A stretch of 64,000 bases of DNA from Raillietiella orientalis. Lineage: Eukaryota. The stretch spans positions 124,001 through 188,000 of the forward strand of contig JAYWIR010000061.1 of the NCBI GenBank assembly GCA_036172245.1, given 5' to 3'. Under the pieces are notes generated by a model, which saw nothing but the letters and a program-made list of their open reading frames with translations, had not been told where the DNA came from and made no database searches. The first letter of the stretch is position 1. Each line of letters starts with the position of its first letter. A program made the translations under genes and the position numbers. Positions 60,901 through 64,000 of the stretch are shown in pieces.

Positions 60901-62295
60901 CTCCGTGCATAACTGGTAGAGACTGGAGTGTGACGTATGGAATGTTCCTCGCCACCGGATCACCTTGGTTCCACATACTAGCGATGCATTTGGTGGACGG
61001 GGTCAACTATACCCGCGAGCCAGCTTTGAGACCTGGGGGGATAGGGGGATGGGGGACGCGCGGTGGACTTGACTTGTAAGCACGAAGATGGCGCCGGCAT
61101 TGTGGCGCAGATTATGCCGCGGTACCCAAGATTTCCTTTCCCAAATCCTCGCAGGACAGCGATGCGTATTTCTGGATGAGCAGAGGAACAGAGCAGACGT
61201 CGCAGCAGGACCCTGTCGTACAGGAGAAGGCTCGTTGAAGTTGCTTAAGGGGTTAAGGATGACGGTGGTGTCCGCGAGATGACGGGAAGATGGCTACAGA
61301 GAGAATGATCGTGGAAGAACCGGTGTCCCTCTCTTGCTGAGGAAAGCAGGGATGCTGTTGGTATAGATTGGGCTCTTGGGCACTCTCAGAGAAATCCACG
61401 GAGGTCAGGCCGAAAGGAAAGAATGTTAGAGGGAAGTCCACCTAGGGCGACCTGGGACATCCTTGCTGCTGGAGGGGCACTGCACCACATGTCGAGCTCT
61501 CCCTGCTAGAAGTAGCTCCCCAGAAGCCAACACGAGCTGGCTCCTGCTGCATCCGATGCCGCTTGCGGATGCTCGGACCCGCGGACTGGGCACCCGGCCT
61601 TGCAGCGGCACCAGCTTCTTCCTCCCTCACGCGTGAGCGTCCCGTGACGTGACGGGGGACGTGTTGGAGAATAGGAAAAGGAAAAGGAAGCTGTTTATTT
61701 CTATTTGGAACGCGTCCCTCTCTCGCCTCCGTCCTCGTCATCATCCTCGCTGTCACTCCTCCTTGCACGTGCTTCCCTCATCGAAGGAGCGGGGGCGAGG
61801 CGGGAGCTCCCGCAGTGTCGCATCGGCTTCTGAGAGCGCAGGCGCGGAGAGAACCGCCTTTTCCTGCTCTCCAGAAGCTCCCGGCTTTCTACTCGAGAAA
61901 TCGAGAGGAAATCTCCGGGATACAAGACGCGCGAGCGGAGGAGGGAAGCGGGGACTCCAGGGCTCACCCGGTGACATGTGACTCCTTCGTTTCCAGGTGA
62001 GGGTCTTTCTTTGTCGCCTCTTGAAATCCGGAACTCCTACTTCGGGAGAGGGAGGGGGTGGGAAGGAAAGAAAGGGATCTCCTTTCGCTCACCTCATTTA
62101 TACCTTTCCCTTCCCTTCTCTTGCTTTCCTCCCTCCTGTCACGCTCCTTTAGGGAAGGCACGCAAAAGGAGGGAAGCAAAAAGGTTTTTCCGTCTCTCCC
62201 TCAACTCGGTCTTCACATCTCCGCTCTTCCTTCTTCCTCTCTCCTTTCTATTCTACGCAGCTTCCCCTCCCCCGCCCTCCCGGTTCAATCCCGGA

Positions 62296-62435
62296 ATGCA
62301 CGAAAACGATCGATCTTCCCCGCGCTGCGGAGTCCCCGAGCTGATGAAGATCCTGACTGAGCCGGCCGGAGGTCGCTTCCTGGTTCCCCGGGATCCCTGC
62401 AACGAGGTCTACCCGGGCGTCTTCGTCGGCGACGA
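62296..62435 (+). CDS. Atypical dual-specificity phosphatase (DUSP3/13/26-like), exon 1 (start codon uncertain)
   Basis: 'MHEND..ELMKIL..PCNEVYPGVFVGD', with donor ga|gtgag at 62436. Confidence 0.8.
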
Positions 62436-62491
62436 GTGAGGTCGCCCCCCTCTTCCTAGGGGGTCCCGTATGGAGCCGCCTGCTTCCCCAG

Positions 62492-62727
62492 GAGCACCGC
62501 CCTGACTACCTACAAGCTGAAGGAGATGGGCATTACCCACGTCCTGAACACAGCCCAGGGACCCCAGCCCTATGTGAACGGGGGAACCGTCAACACCAAC
62601 GCCGCCTACTACCAGGAGGCTTCCATCAAGTTTAAGGGCATCCCTGCGGTAGACATGCCTGGCTACAGGATCTGTCGCTACTTCGAGGACTGCGCCAACT
62701 TCATCCAGGCCGCCCTAGACTCGGGAG
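62492..62727 (+). CDS. Atypical DUSP, exon 2
   Basis: A 56-bp GT-AG intron joins in frame: 'ESTALTTYKLKEMGITHVLNTAQG..VNTNAAYY..GIPAVDMP..YFEDCANFIQAALDSG'. Donor g|gtagg. Confidence 0.9.
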
Positions 62728-62803
62728 GTAGGTGCTCCTTTTTTCCAGGGCATGGGAGAGCCTGGACCCTCCCTTTCTCCCCCCCCTTGGTTTGTCCCAG
62801 CAG

Positions 62804-62915
62804 GAAAGGTGCTCGTCCACTGCCAGCAGGGCATCAGCCGCTCTCCGACGGTCGTCGTCGCGTTCCTCATGCTCAAGAAGGGTCTTGACGTCACCGAAGC
62901 CCTCAGGATGATCAG
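62804..62915 (+). CDS. Atypical DUSP, exon 3 with catalytic loop
   Basis: 'GKVLVHCQQGISRSPTVVVAFLM' has an intact HCxxGxSRS motif. CAGCAG tandem acceptor (62800/62803) and probable donor ag|gtcggt. Confidence 0.9.
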
Positions 62916-64000
62916 GTCGGTCTCCCTTTCTTTCTCCCTGGGGTGTCCGCGGTTTGGAACGATCGGTGGCATCGTGCAGGAGGACATTGGGTGGACGTTT
63001 CATTCCCTCAGATCTCACCCCATCCTCGGCCTGCCGGAGCCCTCGCGAGCGCCCTCCTCCGAGGCGAAGGCGACTGTTACAAACTCCCCGACGCGTGGAC
63101 CCGCCCTTGAGGGAAGGGGAAATGGCCGCCCTGCGGGAGAACAGATGCCCCGAAGCGGAGGAAGGAGGCACGAAACCTCATGCGAGTGACAAGCGTGGCT
63201 CCGTATCGAAAAGCCCGCCGGTAACGATGGTAACGATACCCCTTCGATGCACATTCAGGGTACGCACGCGCGAGCGTGCGGCACCCCCTGACGGTATCTC
63301 TTGAGCAAGAAGGGATCCCAGGGAAATTCGAAGGGATCCCGGAAAAGGAAGAGGTGCCCATGCACCCCGACAACTGCGAATCCAACCGCTTCCGGAGAGA
63401 CGAAACTCCCCTCTCTTCTCGGAGCAGTAAGCATGGATCCCCTGGGATCGTTGGGGACCGAGGACGGAGCCGGAAGTAGAGACGTCCCTTCAGCCCCCGC
63501 AAGCACGCTTCCGGAGGATGCGCGCCGTCACGCGGAGTTCCGTCAGGTTCCGCCACCGCTGACGCGTCAGGGAAGAACGGAGATCCCGCGGGTGTCTTCC
63601 TCGGTAGAGGCTCCAGGAAGGAGAGGGGAATAGAAGAGGAACTCGCCTGCTCGAGGGTGCACGAGAAGATACGGTTTCAAAGGGCGGAGGGGGTGAAAAA
63701 GGAGACCCTTACTTACTTCATGAGGACCGTACGTAGGGGTCTCTCCTTTTTCATCATCCCTCGCCTTGTCTTGGACGCTGCAGAGCACCCTCCTCACCAG
63801 GGGAGCGTGAAGTCCTCTCTGGAAGTCCCGAGGAAGATGGAATCGAGGGTTCAAGAGACGAAAAGAGGGAGACGAGATTCTCACCCACCTCACCCAAGGA
63901 CGAGAACGCCGCGTCTTGATCGTTTGCGAAGGCAGAGGGCGTCTCTCCTCTTCGTTCCTCGGAAGAACGATACGTTGCGGGTGAGGGGGACAGTGAGGAG

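Overview
Eukaryotic, repeat-dense genomic DNA. It is probably from an arthropod, judging by a U2 snRNA resembling invertebrate U2 and host introns of about 56-76 bp; the species cannot be determined from the sequence. The only apparently intact host gene is an atypical dual-specificity phosphatase (DUSP3/13-like, three exons visible at 62296-62915). The rest is decayed mobile DNA, with three notable components. (1) About 14-16 frameshifted, apparently intron-poor fragments, in both orientations, whose residual motifs piece together an SH3-linker-PX-BAR (SNX9/18/33, SH3PX1-like) sorting-nexin gene. (2) Many L1/Tx1-clade non-LTR retrotransposon relics. One family has inserted four times, always antisense, at a CACTGGT motif in the SH3-like part of those copies; one insertion has a perfect 11-bp target-site duplication, and two empty sites are present for comparison. 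(3) The 3' end of a Utopia-type RLE retrotransposon joined to a 5'-truncated U2 snRNA. Relic boundaries are approximate, and all family calls come from motif recognition by eye, not from searches.
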